DNA from: Candidatus Poribacteria bacterium
GTDB taxonomy: Bacteria; Poribacteria; WGA-4E; WGA-3G
DNA: 64,000 nucleotides
Assembly (NCBI GenBank): GCA_965242965.1
Contig: OZ251518.1
Span: 3,200,001-3,264,000 of the forward strand
Direction of reading: 5' to 3'
Below are positions 19,222-27,360 of the stretch, piece after piece. The position numbers and the translations under genes were made by a program. Position 1 is the stretch's first letter, and every line of letters begins with the position of its first letter. The notes beneath the pieces were generated by a model. The model was not told where the DNA came from, did not search any database, and saw only the letters and a list, made by a program, of their open reading frames with translations.

Positions 19222-20535
19222 ATGCTAGAAAAACTCTTTAAACTCACTGAACTAGGCACAACGACGAAGCGTGAGATTATCGCGGGCTGCACCACCTTCA
19301 TGACGTTGTCCTATATCATTTTCGTTTGCCCTAACCTGATGTCGCTGACAGGCATGGATAGGGGAGCCGCGATGGTGGCTACCTGCCTTGCCGCCGCGGG
19401 TTCAATGTTTCTGATGGCGTTCCTCGCGAACTACCCCATCGCATTGGCACCCGGCATGGGCATTATCCCTGTCTTTGTCTTTGGGCTTTGCCAAGGCTTG
19501 GGGTTGCCGTGGCAAGAGGCACTCGGCATCGTGTTTATCTCTGGTGTCTTATTCATCTTGCTTGCTGTCGCCGGGGTGCGGGAGGCAGTGATGAACGCAA
19601 TTCCACGCTCACTTCAACAGGCGATTGCAGTCGGCATCGGGTTGTTCATCGCCTTCATCGGTTTGAAGATGGGCGGCATCGTCACAGCGCACCCGGCGAC
19701 GTTCGTAACGCACGGCAAATTTGTGTCGCCGCCGGTGCTACTCGCGCTATTCGGCGTAGTGCTGACGATGATGCTGATGGCGCGCAATGTGCCCGGTGCG
19801 ATTCTCATCGGCATGCTCAGCACTGGCGTTGTTAGTCTGCTATTCGGCCTTGTCAAATTTGAGGGCATCGTTGCACTGCCGCCTTCCATCGCGCCGACAG
19901 CGTTCAAGTTGCAATTTCCGAACCTCTTCGCGAGCCCGGAGCTTTTCGCCATGATTTTCGTCTTCTTTTTCGTGGACATGTTTGATAGCATCGGCACCTT
20001 CACGGCTGTCGGGCATCAGGCGGGGCTCCTCACGGATGGCAAACTGCCTAAGGCGCGGCAGGCACTCCTCACGGATGCAGTCGGTTCTGCCGGCGGCGCG
20101 CTCCTTGGCACCTCCACGGTGACGAGTTACATCGAGAGTTCTGCCGGCATCGCCGCAGGTGGACGCACCGGGCTGACGACTATTGTTACAGGGCTGCTGA
20201 TGTTAGTGGCACTCTTTTTCGAGCCGCTCGTTAGCATTGTTGGGGCCCCTGTTGGCGAAGCAGGATTGAATCCTGCCATTGCCCCGGCTTTAATCATTGT
20301 CGGCAGTCTCATGATTAAAGGTATCGCAACCATTGAATGGGACGATTTGACAGAGGCGGTTCCGGCGTTCCTGACGCTCGTCATGATGCCGTTGGCTTTC
20401 AGCGTTACAGAGGGCATCGCCTTCGGATTCATCGCGTATGCCTTCATGAAACTCGTCACCGGCCGCGCGAAAGAGGCGCATTGGCTCATTTACCTGTTCG
20501 CCGTTCTCTTTATCGCACTGTATTTTATCCGATAA
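19222..20535 (+). CDS. NCS2/AzgA-family (PbuG-like) nucleobase permease, copy 1
   Basis: EIIAGCTTFMTLSYIIFV, PIALAPGMG, TSYIESSAGIAAGGRTGLT; SD AGGAGG. Confidence 0.93.
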   Translation: MLEKLFKLTELGTTTKREIIAGCTTFMTLSYIIFVCPNLMSLTGMDRGAAMVATCLAAAGSMFLMAFLANYPIALAPGMGIIPVFVFGLCQGLGLPWQEALGIVFISGVLFILLAVAGVREAVMNAIPRSLQQAIAVGIGLFIAFIGLKMGGIVTAHPATFVTHGKFVSPPVLLALFGVVLTMMLMARNVPGAILIGMLSTGVVSLLFGLVKFEGIVALPPSIAPTAFKLQFPNLFASPELFAMIFVFFFVDMFDSIGTFTAVGHQAGLLTDGKLPKARQALLTDAVGSAGGALLGTSTVTSYIESSAGIAAGGRTGLTTIVTGLLMLVALFFEPLVSIVGAPVGEAGLNPAIAPALIIVGSLMIKGIATIEWDDLTEAVPAFLTLVMMPLAFSVTEGIAFGFIAYAFMKLVTGRAKEAHWLIYLFAVLFIALYFIR

Positions 20536-20593
20536 CGCGCTTTTTTACTAACGCGACACGTTGGTTAAAACAACGCATTGCGTAGGAGGAAAT

Positions 20594-21916
20594 ATGCTAG
20601 AAAAACTATTTCGCTTGAAAGAATTTGAGACATCAGTCAGACGCGAGGTGGTAGCGGGCTGTACCACCTTCATGACGTTGTCCTATATCATCTTCGTTAA
20701 CCCTAACCTTCTTTCGCTGGCGGGCATGAATAGCGGTTCTGTCATGGTTGCTACCTGCGTGTCCAGCGCGCTGGCGATGTTCCTGATGGGTTTCCTGACG
20801 AACTACCCTATCGCGCTGGCACCGGGCATGGGCATTAACGCCTATTTTGTCTTCAACCTCTGCCTTGGGGTAGGCATACCGTGGCAAGAGGCACTCGGCA
20901 TCGTGTTTATCTCCGGCGCGTTATTCGTGCTGCTCTCCCTCGTCGGTGTCCGAGAGACGCTGATGAACTCCCTGCCATCTGCACTCCAAAACGCGATGGC
21001 TGGCGGCATCGGGTTGTTCATCGCCTTCATCGGTTTGCAGATGAGCGGTATCGTCACGGCGCACCCGGCAACGTTTGTCACCCTCGGCAGTTTGGGCTCT
21101 ACGCCGGTGCTCCTTTCGCTGGTGGGGATTCTGGTAACGCTGTTACTCATGGCGCGCAAAGTGCCGGGCGCGATTCTCCTCGGCATCTTGGTATCCGCAG
21201 TGCTTAACTTGGCGTTTGGACTGGTGAAATTTGAGGGCATCGTCGCCCTGCCACCCTCCATTGAGCCGACATTCTTCGCACTCCGATTCCCGGATTTCAG
21301 CAGAATGGAGCTCATCCCTGTCATCTTTGTCTTCTTTTCCGTTGACATGTTTGACAGCGTCGGCACTTTCACCGCGACGAGTCAGCAGGCGGGATTGCTC
21401 CAATACGGCAGACTCCCCAAGGCACGGAACGCACTGTTGGCAGATGCAGTCGGTTCCACGGGCGGCGCGCTCCTCGGCACCTCCACGGTGACGAGTTATA
21501 TTGAGAGCGCATCCGGCATCGCAACAGGCGGACGCACCGGGCTGACGACTATTGTCACCGGGTTGCTGATGTTAGTGGCACTCTTCTTTAGTCCACTCAT
21601 TAAAATTGTTGGAGGGGGCTATGTCGTTGAAGGCGGTGGGACGCTTTATCCTGTAATCGGTCCGACGCTAATTATTGTCGGCTGTTTAATGCTTAAACCC
21701 ATCGTCAACATCAAATGGGACGACATCACGGAAGCGATTCCGGCGTTCCTCTGCTTGGTGATGATGCCGTTCAGTTTCAGCATTACCGATGGCATTGCGT
21801 TGGGGTTCATCTCAACGGCTATCCTGAAGCTTATCACTAACCGCCGAAAAGAGGTGCATGAATTCATCTATTACTTCGCGGTATTCTTCATCGCGCGGTA
21901 TATCGGCTTTGCATAG
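20594..21916 (+). CDS. NCS2/AzgA-family nucleobase permease, copy 2 (tandem paralogue)
   Basis: Same motifs as copy 1; SD AGGAGG before ATG 20594. Confidence 0.93.
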   Translation: MLEKLFRLKEFETSVRREVVAGCTTFMTLSYIIFVNPNLLSLAGMNSGSVMVATCVSSALAMFLMGFLTNYPIALAPGMGINAYFVFNLCLGVGIPWQEALGIVFISGALFVLLSLVGVRETLMNSLPSALQNAMAGGIGLFIAFIGLQMSGIVTAHPATFVTLGSLGSTPVLLSLVGILVTLLLMARKVPGAILLGILVSAVLNLAFGLVKFEGIVALPPSIEPTFFALRFPDFSRMELIPVIFVFFSVDMFDSVGTFTATSQQAGLLQYGRLPKARNALLADAVGSTGGALLGTSTVTSYIESASGIATGGRTGLTTIVTGLLMLVALFFSPLIKIVGGGYVVEGGGTLYPVIGPTLIIVGCLMLKPIVNIKWDDITEAIPAFLCLVMMPFSFSITDGIALGFISTAILKLITNRRKEVHEFIYYFAVFFIARYIGFA

Positions 21917-21920
21917 TGTC

Positions 21921-22135
21921 CTAGGGCGAGGGGCATCTTGTCCCTCGCCTTGCACCGAACTATCTTCCAATACCGTAGGGCGAGGGCCTGTCCCTCGCCA
22001 TGCTCGTCTTCGCGTAGTTGCCTAGGGCGAGAGGCATCCTGTCCCTCGCCTTGCACCGAACTACCTCCCTTCACCGTAGGGCGAGGGCCCTCGCATGCCA
22101 CACGCGCATGCGAGAGGGTATCCCTCGCCATGCAC
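21921..22135. repeat. REP cluster
   Basis: (c/g)tagggcgagggcctgtccctcgcc variants. Confidence 0.8.
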
Positions 22136-22275
22136 CGAACGCACCAGAAAACGTTTCCCCACGCTGCTTCAAAACCAGGGTTTCGCAAGAACCTGTCCTC
22201 ACGTTACGCTCAAAACTTTGCGCGCATTTTTTTGATACTTAACACTTCTTTATGATATAATAGTTTCAAAACCCA

Positions 22276-23562
22276 TTGAAGGAAAAAATCATGGCAATGA
22301 ACAAGAACGGATTTATTGAAGCAGTCCGCAACGAAGACGTGAAAACCGTCAAAACCCTCTTGAAAAATGACACCGTCCTCGCTGCGCATATTAACGAACC
22401 GTGGCTTGACTTTGACGCGCCCGCGATTGTCTTCGCGGCCTCAAGGGGAAACCGCGAACTCATTGATGTCCTTCTCGCTGCCGGCGCGGACATTGATGTC
22501 AAGAGCGCGTGGTGGGCAGGCGGCACCTCGGCACTGCAGCACGCCGCGGGTTCCATGCTCGCCTATAACAAAGAATTGGCAGCGCACCTAATTGCCCGCG
22601 GCGCGACAATTGATGCGCACGTCGCCGCTGGTCTGGACATGCCGGAGAAATTGGAGGCACTCATTCGCGAGAACCCTGAGGTGGTAAACGCGCCAGGGTG
22701 CGATGGAATGTCCCCGCTCCATTTCGCCGCGACACCGCAGATTGCCGAACTGCTCCTCGCGCACGGCGCGGACAAAAATCTGCGGGACCGGGACCACGGT
22801 GGCACCGCCGCCCAATGGACAATGTGGAACCGAACGGATGTCTGCCGCTACCTCCTCGAACGAGAGGCAGAAGGCGATATCGTGCTTTACTGCGCGATGG
22901 GCAACGTTGAACGCGCGAAAGCGGCAATCCAAGAAAACCCCGAATTGCTTAATCTGCGGATAAAAGCAGAACTTTCCGAAGGTTACGCCGTCGCGCCGTT
23001 GAATTGGCCCTACAAGCACTGCAAACGCGTCGGCGAAGTGCCCGGTGGACATGTCTACGCATACGAAGTCGGACGGAATACGCCGCTGCTTGAAATCGCG
23101 CTGCGGTTTAAACAGCCGACAATCGTTGACATGCTCATGGACTGCGGGTATCAAATCAAACTGCGGGAGTGGTATCCCCTCGTTGGACAAGGACCGCGAC
23201 GGTTTGATGCTCTTGTCAAAGGGTTCCTGAGCAAGGGATGGGACATCAACGCACGGCAACAGCATCGGCACGGGATGTGGGCACCATTGCACTGGCTGGC
23301 GCGACGCGGGTTAACTGCCGGCATCCGCTGCCTGCTTGAAAACGGCGCAGAACCGAACGTTGTCGATGATACTGGACGAACGCCCATGCATATCATCGCG
23401 GAAAAGGGTATCGGGAAAAACCAAGTGCAGCTGCTCATCGAACACGGCGGCGATGTCAACGCGCGCGATGCTAATGGGCAAACGCCGCTGGATGCCGCGC
23501 GGCAAGCCAAGAAGAAATCTGTCGCGAATTTTCTCGCCAAACTCGCAGAAGGAGGCAACTAA
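22276..23562 (+). CDS. Ankyrin-repeat protein
   Basis: GMSPLHFAA, APLHWLA, GRTPMHIIA, GQTPLDAA. Promoter TTGATA-18-TATAAT at 22232-22261. The start may be ATG 22291. Confidence 0.92.
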   Translation: MKEKIMAMNKNGFIEAVRNEDVKTVKTLLKNDTVLAAHINEPWLDFDAPAIVFAASRGNRELIDVLLAAGADIDVKSAWWAGGTSALQHAAGSMLAYNKELAAHLIARGATIDAHVAAGLDMPEKLEALIRENPEVVNAPGCDGMSPLHFAATPQIAELLLAHGADKNLRDRDHGGTAAQWTMWNRTDVCRYLLEREAEGDIVLYCAMGNVERAKAAIQENPELLNLRIKAELSEGYAVAPLNWPYKHCKRVGEVPGGHVYAYEVGRNTPLLEIALRFKQPTIVDMLMDCGYQIKLREWYPLVGQGPRRFDALVKGFLSKGWDINARQQHRHGMWAPLHWLARRGLTAGIRCLLENGAEPNVVDDTGRTPMHIIAEKGIGKNQVQLLIEHGGDVNARDANGQTPLDAARQAKKKSVANFLAKLAEGGN

Positions 23563-23563
23563 A

Positions 23564-24622
23564 ATGAGCAAGATGTTACGGAGATTATACAATTTTTCCG
23601 GGAGACATGCTTTGAAAGCTCGCTTACCGGGGCTGTTAGGATTCGCTACACTCGCGCTTCTCTTGTGGTGCATGTCTGTTGAGGCTGTGATTCACCTCTG
23701 TCAACTCGGTGAAAAGCAGGAGCCGACGCTTGACAGACTCCTCCCCGATGTCGCGCGATTTATGGCGTTTAACAAGGACGGCACTAAACTCATAGCGAAA
23801 GGGATGGGCGGCACCGTCGTTGAATGGGATATCGCCGCGCGTCAAAAGCGCGAGGTGACGAACATCGACGCGAAGCGGTGGTTCGCCTACGCTGTCGACA
23901 CCAATCAACTTCTCGTGAGAAAAGCAGATGACGACATCGTTCTCCTCTCCGTTGCGAGTGGCGAAGAAACGCGCCTGACGCACGGCGAATATGAGAGCGG
24001 CGACATCTCCGCCGATGGAACGCTCGTCGTGCTGACGAACGGCGAGACTTCGGTAGAAGTGTGGCAGATTCAGCCCGCTGCAGTCCAGAAACTGAAGACG
24101 TTGGAGACTGCCTTCCCTGTTCGGAACGGCCTCGCTATCTCCGCCGATGGAAACGTTATCGCGGCAGCGGAAGGCACTTATCACGAGGGACATCAAACGG
24201 TAATTGAGGTGTGGTATTCCTCGCAAGAGGGCCCGGCGCGTCGCATCAACACCGGCACCATTCTGGGCGTGTGGAATCTGTTATTCTCTCCCGATGGAAC
24301 GATGCTGGCTGTTGACTCGCAGCACCAAGCGCAATCAGGGATTCGTGTTTGGGAGGTAGAAACTGGCAGGCAGCTGCTGAGCCGAGATGGTTTTGAGGCG
24401 TATTGGACACGCGCCCTCGCCTTCTCCCTGATTTCCGGCACGCTTGCCTCTGGCGATGAGGGCGGCAATCTTGTCCTGTGGGATATTCGCACCGATGATG
24501 CGATGTGGCGCGAAACTTATCCCACCGGCATCCAATCCATCGCCTTCTCCCCGGACGGTGAGTCTGTGGCAGTCGCGCTTTGGGATGCCACGATTCAAAT
24601 CCTACAATGGAGGAAACAATGA
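23564..24622 (+). CDS. WD40-repeat protein with N-terminal signal or TM segment
   Basis: FSPDGTMLAV...IRVWE, LASGDEGGNLVLWD, SIAFSPDG; SD GGAGG; ATG 1 nt after the ankyrin stop. Confidence 0.88.
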   Translation: MSKMLRRLYNFSGRHALKARLPGLLGFATLALLLWCMSVEAVIHLCQLGEKQEPTLDRLLPDVARFMAFNKDGTKLIAKGMGGTVVEWDIAARQKREVTNIDAKRWFAYAVDTNQLLVRKADDDIVLLSVASGEETRLTHGEYESGDISADGTLVVLTNGETSVEVWQIQPAAVQKLKTLETAFPVRNGLAISADGNVIAAAEGTYHEGHQTVIEVWYSSQEGPARRINTGTILGVWNLLFSPDGTMLAVDSQHQAQSGIRVWEVETGRQLLSRDGFEAYWTRALAFSLISGTLASGDEGGNLVLWDIRTDDAMWRETYPTGIQSIAFSPDGESVAVALWDATIQILQWRKQ

Positions 24623-25131
24623 GCAACACAGGCAGTTACACTGACGAAAAAGGCCGCACTCGCTGGCATCGCAACGATGAGATTGCGCTCAGACTTCTGG
24701 AGCTCCATACCTTTCTCATCATCACCGATTACCCGGAAGAGCACGCGACGCGATACACGTGGTTGGCACACTACATCTCTCGCTTCCCGGAATCCATCGA
24801 CGCGGTTTTCCGGCAGGGCCGGTTGCAAGAGGAAATCCCCGGAGCCGGTGAAATGATGGAGACGCTCATCGGCGAATTTTTAACGACAGGCACCTGCGCG
24901 AAGTTGGAAGAATGCATCGGCGACACGCCTCGCACTGTAGCCGAACTCGTGCCTATCCCCGGCCTCGGTGCCAAGACAATCAAGCGGCTCTATCAGGAGA
25001 TTGGGGTGGAGAGTCTTGTCTCGCTGCGGGCTGCAATTGACGAAGGGCGACTCAAGGGGTTCCGCGGCATCGGCCCGAAGACGTTGGAGAAAATCGAGGC
25101 GTATCTTGACACGGTGCTCGGCGGCACGTAG
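24619..25131 (+). CDS. Helix-hairpin-helix protein resembling only the N-terminal third of bacterial DNA polymerase X
   Basis: NDEIALRL..., IPGAGE, IPGLGAKT, GVESLVSLRAAIDEGRL, FRGIGPKT; ATGA overlap with the WD40 gene; SD GGAGG. Confidence 0.8.
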   Translation: MSNTGSYTDEKGRTRWHRNDEIALRLLELHTFLIITDYPEEHATRYTWLAHYISRFPESIDAVFRQGRLQEEIPGAGEMMETLIGEFLTTGTCAKLEECIGDTPRTVAELVPIPGLGAKTIKRLYQEIGVESLVSLRAAIDEGRLKGFRGIGPKTLEKIEAYLDTVLGGT

Positions 25132-25412
25132 GGCAAGGGGCTGTCCTTGGCTTTGTCAGAGACTTCGCGGTTGCCCGTAGGGCGAGGGCCTGTCCCTCGC
25201 CATGCAGCGGCTGCGCAGATACCGTAGGGCGAGGGCCTGTCCCTCGCCATGCAGCGACCGCGCGGATACCGTAGGGCGATGGGCTGTCTGCGATGTCTCA
25301 TCGAGACCAGGAGGTCTCTCCTACCTGCACATCGGCCCGTAGGGCGAGGGCCTGTCCCTCGCCATGCTGCGACTGCGTAGATAACGTAGGGCGAGGGCCT
25401 GTCCCTCGCCAC
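25127..25412. repeat. REP cluster (direct array of class A)
   Basis: cgtagggcgagggcctgtccctcgcc x4 plus degenerate copies. Confidence 0.9.
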
Positions 25413-25431
25413 GCTCAAAGAAAAATTTTCA

Positions 25432-25461
25432 TTGACTTTTACCTGTGAAATCAGGTAAACT
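25432..25461 (+). promoter_or_regulatory. sigma70 promoter with overlapping operator-like palindrome
   Basis: TTGACT-18-TAAACT; TTTACCTG-N6-CAGGTAAA at 25438-25459. Confidence 0.6.
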
Positions 25462-25481
25462 AATACAATAAGGAGTTCCTT

Positions 25482-26162
25482 TTGAAAGACGAGAACGAAC
25501 GAGAACTAGACGAACCGGAAGAAGACAAACCGGAAGATAAAGTCGTCAACTTTCTTGGCATCAAGCAAAGTTGGTGGCGCGTCACCTCCAAAATCTATGC
25601 CTTCGTCTTGATGGGGTATGGAATTTGGTATATTTTCTTTCACTTGGAGCATGAAGGGTCCTTCGCTGAGTGGGTTCAGATTGTGGGACAACACATGCTC
25701 ATTGCCAGCGGGTTTTTGATGATTACCATCTATGCTGGCGCAAACATAGGAGATGTGCTGATGATGTTGCACGATTGGTATCGTAACAAACGCGACCGGC
25801 ACCGTCGGGAGACAGAGGCGAAACTCCGCGATACGGTGGCAGCCCTGCAGGTAGCGGAAGAGACGCGCTTCACGGCCGAAGAAGCGCGACGCGAAGCCGA
25901 AGAAGCGCGGCTCGCGGAGGCAGAAGCGCGACGCGTGGCGGAAGAAGAACAACGCGCGGCGGCAGAAGCGCGCCGCATGGCGGAAGAAGAACGCCGCGCC
26001 GCCACCGAAGAGAGCCGCCGGACAGCCGAAGCCGTCGCGCAATTACGTCAAGACTTGGATGCCTGGGATGCTTGGAACCACCGCCGTCTCCAAGCCGCCG
26101 AGAAGGGTGAAGCGTTCAACGAACCGAGTCCCAATAGCACTGCCAGCCAAAACGGACAATGA
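25482..26162 (+). CDS. Two-TM membrane protein with EEARR coiled-coil tail
   Basis: SD AAGGAG with TTG start; two hydrophobic segments; heptad repeats AEEARRE/AEAEARR. Confidence 0.75.
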   Translation: MKDENERELDEPEEDKPEDKVVNFLGIKQSWWRVTSKIYAFVLMGYGIWYIFFHLEHEGSFAEWVQIVGQHMLIASGFLMITIYAGANIGDVLMMLHDWYRNKRDRHRRETEAKLRDTVAALQVAEETRFTAEEARREAEEARLAEAEARRVAEEEQRAAAEARRMAEEERRAATEESRRTAEAVAQLRQDLDAWDAWNHRRLQAAEKGEAFNEPSPNSTASQNGQ

Positions 26163-26521
26163 ACGGAAAATCGCACGGTAGGCATGAGCATTCGCTCACG
26201 CCTACCGGCCCCGGTTTGTATCACCTCAAAGTAGGAGATGTGCTGATGATGTTGCACGATTGGTATCGTAACAAACGCGACCGGCACCGTCGGGAGACGG
26301 AGGCGAAACTCCGCGCTGCGGTGGCAGCCCTGCAGGTAGCCGAAGAAGAACGACGCGCCGCCACCGAAGAAAGCCGCCGGATAGCCGAAGCAGCCGCGCA
26401 ATTGCGTCAAGACCTGGATGCTTGGCATGCTTGGAACTACCGCCGTCTCCGAGCCGCCGAGAAGGGCGAAGCGTTCAACGAACCGAGTCCCAATGCCACT
26501 GCCAGCCAAAACGGACAATAA
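26159..26521 (+). CDS. Partial tandem duplicate of the C-terminal coiled-coil module of the upstream gene
   Basis: About 26232-26570 is near-identical to about 25748-26210 but has fewer heptads. Confidence 0.55.
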   Translation: MNGKSHGRHEHSLTPTGPGLYHLKVGDVLMMLHDWYRNKRDRHRRETEAKLRAAVAALQVAEEERRAATEESRRIAEAAAQLRQDLDAWHAWNYRRLRAAEKGEAFNEPSPNATASQNGQ

Positions 26522-26598
26522 ACGGAAAACCGCACGGTAGGCACGAGCAGCACTCGCTCGCGCCTACCGGCAGCCGCCCCAAAAGGAGACACGCCCGC

Positions 26599-27360
26599 AT
26601 GGTTTCCACAAAAGAGATTCACACTACCTGCGATGACATCGTGCGCGAATTCGCGCCACGGCAAGTTATCCTTTTCGGTTCTTACGCGTATGGCACGCCG
26701 ACAGAAGAATCGGATGTAGACATGCTCGTTGTCATGGAGACACAGCAGCAAGCATCGGAGATACAAGAACGCATCCCGCGCCGCTTTCACCTCGATTTAC
26801 ATGTCTGGTGCTCGGAAGACGTCGCCTATCGCGTAGCGCATAATGACTGGTTTCTGTGCGAGATTCTCGAAAAAGGCGACGTGCTTTACGAGACAGCGGC
26901 GGCACTGCCACCGCTAAAACTCGCCGAGGATACCTTAGTGCCGATTTGGGAAGAGAAGGGGACGATGAACCCTTTGACATTGGAAAAAATACAAAAGGCT
27001 GAGGATGATTGGGCGATGCTGACGTTGGCACTGCAGTCTCCCAGACCGCTTCGCGACCCGATTTGTTTCCACGCGCAGCAGTGTGTCGAAAAATACCTCA
27101 AGGCGTGGTTGCAGGAGGCAAATATCCGGCCGCCGCGAACACACGAACTCAACGTATTGTTGCATCTGATTGTGCCGGCGCACCCCGAATGGCGCGCGTG
27201 GCGAACGGACTTTGCGAAATTCAAACCGCATGCCGTAGATGCCCGTTATGAGACTTTCATGACAGAAGCGGATGCTGAGCACGCCGTGCGTATCTGCAAC
27301 GAAGTCCGCACCGCTATCCGCGCCGTGCTCCAACTCCCCAACGATGCACAGGAGGAATAA
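26599..27360 (+). CDS. Fused minimal nucleotidyltransferase (MNT)-HEPN protein, copy 1
   Basis: LFGSYAYG..ESDVD (MNT); in-frame MNPLT...CFHAQQCVEKYLKA...THEL...AVDARY (HEPN); SD AAGGAG. Confidence 0.88.
   Translation: MVSTKEIHTTCDDIVREFAPRQVILFGSYAYGTPTEESDVDMLVVMETQQQASEIQERIPRRFHLDLHVWCSEDVAYRVAHNDWFLCEILEKGDVLYETAAALPPLKLAEDTLVPIWEEKGTMNPLTLEKIQKAEDDWAMLTLALQSPRPLRDPICFHAQQCVEKYLKAWLQEANIRPPRTHELNVLLHLIVPAHPEWRAWRTDFAKFKPHAVDARYETFMTEADAEHAVRICNEVRTAIRAVLQLPNDAQEE

Noticed and set aside
25127-25412. Regularly spaced repeats resembling a CRISPR array (also 3531-3792, 31735-31879, 32517-32686)
   Set aside because: Spacers are short and similar to each other, the same repeat is scattered in both orientations across the window, and no cas genes are present.
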